Shown piece by piece: positions 60,649 through 64,000 of a DNA stretch of 64,000 nucleotides; positions within the stretch are counted from its first letter, which is position 1; each line of letters opens with the position of its first letter. Under the pieces are notes generated by a model. It did no database searches. It saw only the letters and a list, made by a program, of their open reading frames with translations, and was not told where the DNA came from. Both the position numbers and the translations under genes were made by a program. This DNA is from Selaginella moellendorffii (lineage: Eukaryota > Plantae > Lycopodiophyta): contig NW_003314406.1 of assembly GCF_000143415.4 (NCBI RefSeq), positions 1-64,000 of the forward strand. The letters are read 5' to 3'.

Positions 60649-63600
60649 GTGTCATGTACATTTTTGTTATTTAGTAATTCTGAAAATTTCATATTCATCT
60701 TTATATTTGAAAAGTTCATACTAATCATAACATACATAACAATTCTAATATAAAAACACACATCAGAGATATTTAGCACCTTTAGTGGTTTGGACAAAAC
60801 TGCCAATTTGGGATATATCATCATTCATCATACAAGTGTAATTAACTTTTATAATGTAGTATCAGAAATTAGATGGAGATATAGAAATATAAGTAGCTTT
60901 ACATATGACAATTCATTTTCTTGATATGACAAGTCAGTTCCCATGTGTTCTTAACCAAACCCTAGTTAAAAAATCAAATGAGAATATCTATTAGATATCA
61001 ACTGCTATTGTACAAATTATGTGTAGTACTGAACATCCAGCAGCAGCATTAACAACACTGATGCTAAGTGGTGGCAGAATTAGGAATGTCATATAACTTT
61101 GGTAAATCACCATAAATCATCATAGTAAATCACCATAGTATAAAGGGTGAAAACCACGTGTGCTACAATAATTTCTCATACACAGAATAAATGCTAAATT
61201 GATATACTCATTATATTGAGAACTAACTTTTTATGTGTCATGAATCTATTATAGAGAATTAATTATCATTATATAAGATCACAGTTACATTAATAATAAT
61301 TTTTGTGATTGAGTTACTCTAGAGTAAATATATATTTTACAAACACTTCTTGATGCATCATAGTTATTTATAGTTAGATACAGAAGTTTTAGCTAATAAA
61401 ATTTCCAAATATATATTTGCTGGGAGTGTCATGTACATTTCTGCTATTTAGTAATTTCTAAAAGTTTAAATTCATCTTTATATATAAAATGTTCATATTA
61501 ATCTTAACATGCATAACAAACTTTTCTAAAATCTTTATCAAAAGGCTAACACTATTAGTCATAGTTTTTTAAAAATTAGTCTACTTTTCTAATAATATGC
61601 AGAAGGAGAAAATTAATGGATGAATCATGAGCTAAAAACCCCACTTTTATTAAATAATTAAAATAATACATAATTACTCATAAATTATAAATTATTTATT
61701 AATATATTATCATTCTTGTCTGAAACTATATAATAGTGCAATAATGATTTGGAAATATTTAATTATTTTAATAATTATAATTTGGAAATAACAAATAATA
61801 TATTATTATATTATTTGTTGATAATATTCTACTTAAATATTTTTTTTAGTATTATAAATATTCTTTTATGAATAAATATATTTTAAAGGATTTTATAAAT
61901 CTTCACTTTACTTTCTTATTAAATTTTCAAGTTTTAATAGATTTGGGCTTTCAAAGAATTATTTCTCTATATTTAGTAAATTTTAGTCAAGCTGATATAG
62001 AAATATTAGTGGTGTTAGTAGTGTTTCAATAACATTTTTGGAATTATTTTAAAAAAGCCCAACCGTCTATGGTCAGAGGCAATTATACAATTACATGGTT
62101 ATTTGATCAAAGAAAAGCTAGAATGTTTTATATGGAGTTTTTTATATTCCTGTTTGATATATAAATAGAAATACTATAATTATAAAATGGTTTTGGTTTT
62201 CTTATGTAAACGAAAAGGGTAGTTGATGTACCTAGATTATACTTAGATATTTGGGATATTCTACTATCTAATAGTTGTTATTCATTAAGATTAGTCTTTT
62301 ATTTATAATTTTGAAATGTGTTTAGAATTTATAGACTTTCCCAAATACATATTGTATACTCTAGTTTATTCTACCATCTAATAATTGATATACAATAAGA
62401 TTAATCTTGCAAACTAAGTGTTTCTCTATGTAGCACACTGTTATTTCATGTTATATATCTGTGTTTGCCATAACAGGTTTTTAGTAACACAATTATCACA
62501 ATGAAGGTTGAAACTCATATTCTTTACTGTTCATATATACTTTTTTGATATTTCATAGGGCTTGATCTTCAGAGATACCAAGTAGCATTGGATACCATTC
62601 CATTGCATGTCCCACAACCAGAGCAAAATCACCATAAGACAATAACCAGCCTCAGCCTACTTTGGTCATATTATAGCAATAGATCATGGTGGTTCGATAA
62701 TAGATCATTGTTCCCAGCAATCTCCTAATGTTTTGCATTACTATAAAGTTTATCAGTGGGTTCTGTTAAAGCTAGAAAACAGAGCAAGGACTTAAATCCA
62801 TTAGCTGTAAATGAATTGTTACCTTCTTTTATAATATTCCAGCTCTAGGCAATGTGATATCTTAAAAATTGGGAAAAATAAAAAAGAACTACATCAAGGG
62901 CCTAAAGCTTCCATCTACTGCTCCATACTTCCTTGGAGATTGCCTTCCTTGTATAATTTCCTATGCTCTACTCTAACAGCTAAGAAGACCTCCCCTAGTG
63001 AGCACATGTTTCCTTTGGAAGCTTGCTTTTGTTACTGCTGCTCTTACCAAAAGGACAAGAAGAGGTAAAAAAAACAATAAGAGGCCAGGTGAGCAATGAG
63101 GCCGTGGTTGTGAAGTGGAGGTGATAGGCTCTGCAGAAGTGGAAGATTGGGTTTTCAAGGCTGCAGAACTTAAGCCTCTAGTTGGAGACGTGACTCTGAC
63201 TTTTGAACTCTCTTGCTTTATAAATCTGTGAAACAAAGAGCTAAACTTCCACTTTGGATTAACAATAAAACTGGAAAAACAGGAACTTTAATGAACAGGA
63301 AAGCATGAGTGTGAGGCACTCACTACTTAGCACGTCGCTTGGATTAGCTCGTTCAGCTGGGTGTGAAGATATTTGGAATTCACCAGTGGACATCTTGAGC
63401 AGAGGCTGCCAGAGCAATGGTAGTCGGGTCTTTGGCAACTGGAGAGCTCAATCAATCTCTTTGGCTGAAGTTACTCTAGATTATTTTCAGTGGCTCCTCG
63501 ATATTGATATCGATAAGATCGTTTGCTGGAAGGAACTCCTCAAGATCTTTGCGGACCAGTGATCGAACAGAGAGGGGTGCTCGGCTGTGATGTGTTACCA

Positions 63601-63814
63601 CCACCACATTCTGCATAAACCCTAGCCTTAACCATTCCATCTCGTGGCCACTCTAGTCTCTGGGACAAAGGATCTAGCTCGCGGCCACTCTGGTCTCCAG
63701 GACAAAGGATCCAGCTCCCAATCCGTGGTGGAGTCCATTCCATCCTCTTCTGTGACAACTGCCTAGAGTTAACAACTATTGTATTAAAACCATGCACAAC
63801 GTGTCTAACGGCCT

Positions 63815-63940
63815 CACTCTTGTCGAGACCCATTCTGATGAGTGCATCCAACAGCTAATCTGATCCATTGTGGAGGCAACAGCACAAGGAACTCCCGCTG
63901 AATAAAGAGCTGCCAGCCATTCTCGTGGGCCAGCACTTGC
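63815..63940 (-). pseudogene. Captured HAD-superfamily hydrolase fragment
   Basis: GPREWLAALYSAGVPCAVASTMD..MDALIRMGLDK matches the motif II region of plant HAD-IA phosphatases. Frameshifted. Confidence 0.6.
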
Positions 63941-64000
63941 AAAACAAGTTTCATGACAAACTGTAAACCTTGGATAGCTCTGTATATTTCTGATAGCCAA

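Overview
Plant genomic DNA. The 45-60 nt GT-AG introns and an ALDH21-type fragment suggest a non-seed plant, probably the lycophyte Selaginella (inference). There are five N gaps and I see no intact host gene. The window has two layers. (1) A head-to-tail train of non-autonomous Helitrons on the minus strand. Hairpin+CTAG 3' ends lie at 9088, 14321, 20385, 20554, 28860 and 43621, with a decayed one near 60632, and there are two families of 5' ends. A ~15.1-kb pair of units (20554-35684) is nested at an A^T site with no TSD. The Helitrons carry intron-containing host gene fragments: CYP88/KAO-like, DnaJ-thioredoxin, kinase, LAF3-like amidohydrolase, kelch, laccase, HARBI1-type transposase, ALDH21, TIC32-like SDR, FGAM synthase, class III peroxidase, RPA70-like, F-box/kelch and HAD. 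(2) A 13,657-bp cut-and-paste DNA transposon (46592-60248) with 24-bp TIRs and an ATTA 4-bp TSD. It encodes a Sola-like DDD transposase and a divergent multi-exon accessory gene. By motif inspection the accessory protein reads as a ParB/Srx-like domain, a degenerate beta-class DNA amino-methyltransferase fold, an acidic region and an FCP1/HAD-like domain. About 27 copies of a 22-bp palindrome (ATGGCRTG-N6-CAYGCCAT) are spread through this element, in introns, the intergenic region and coding sequence, and I saw none outside it. This ParB-like protein plus parS-like site arrangement inside a plant transposon is the best candidate for an undescribed system. This copy is pseudogenised, and all domain calls were made by eye, not by database search.
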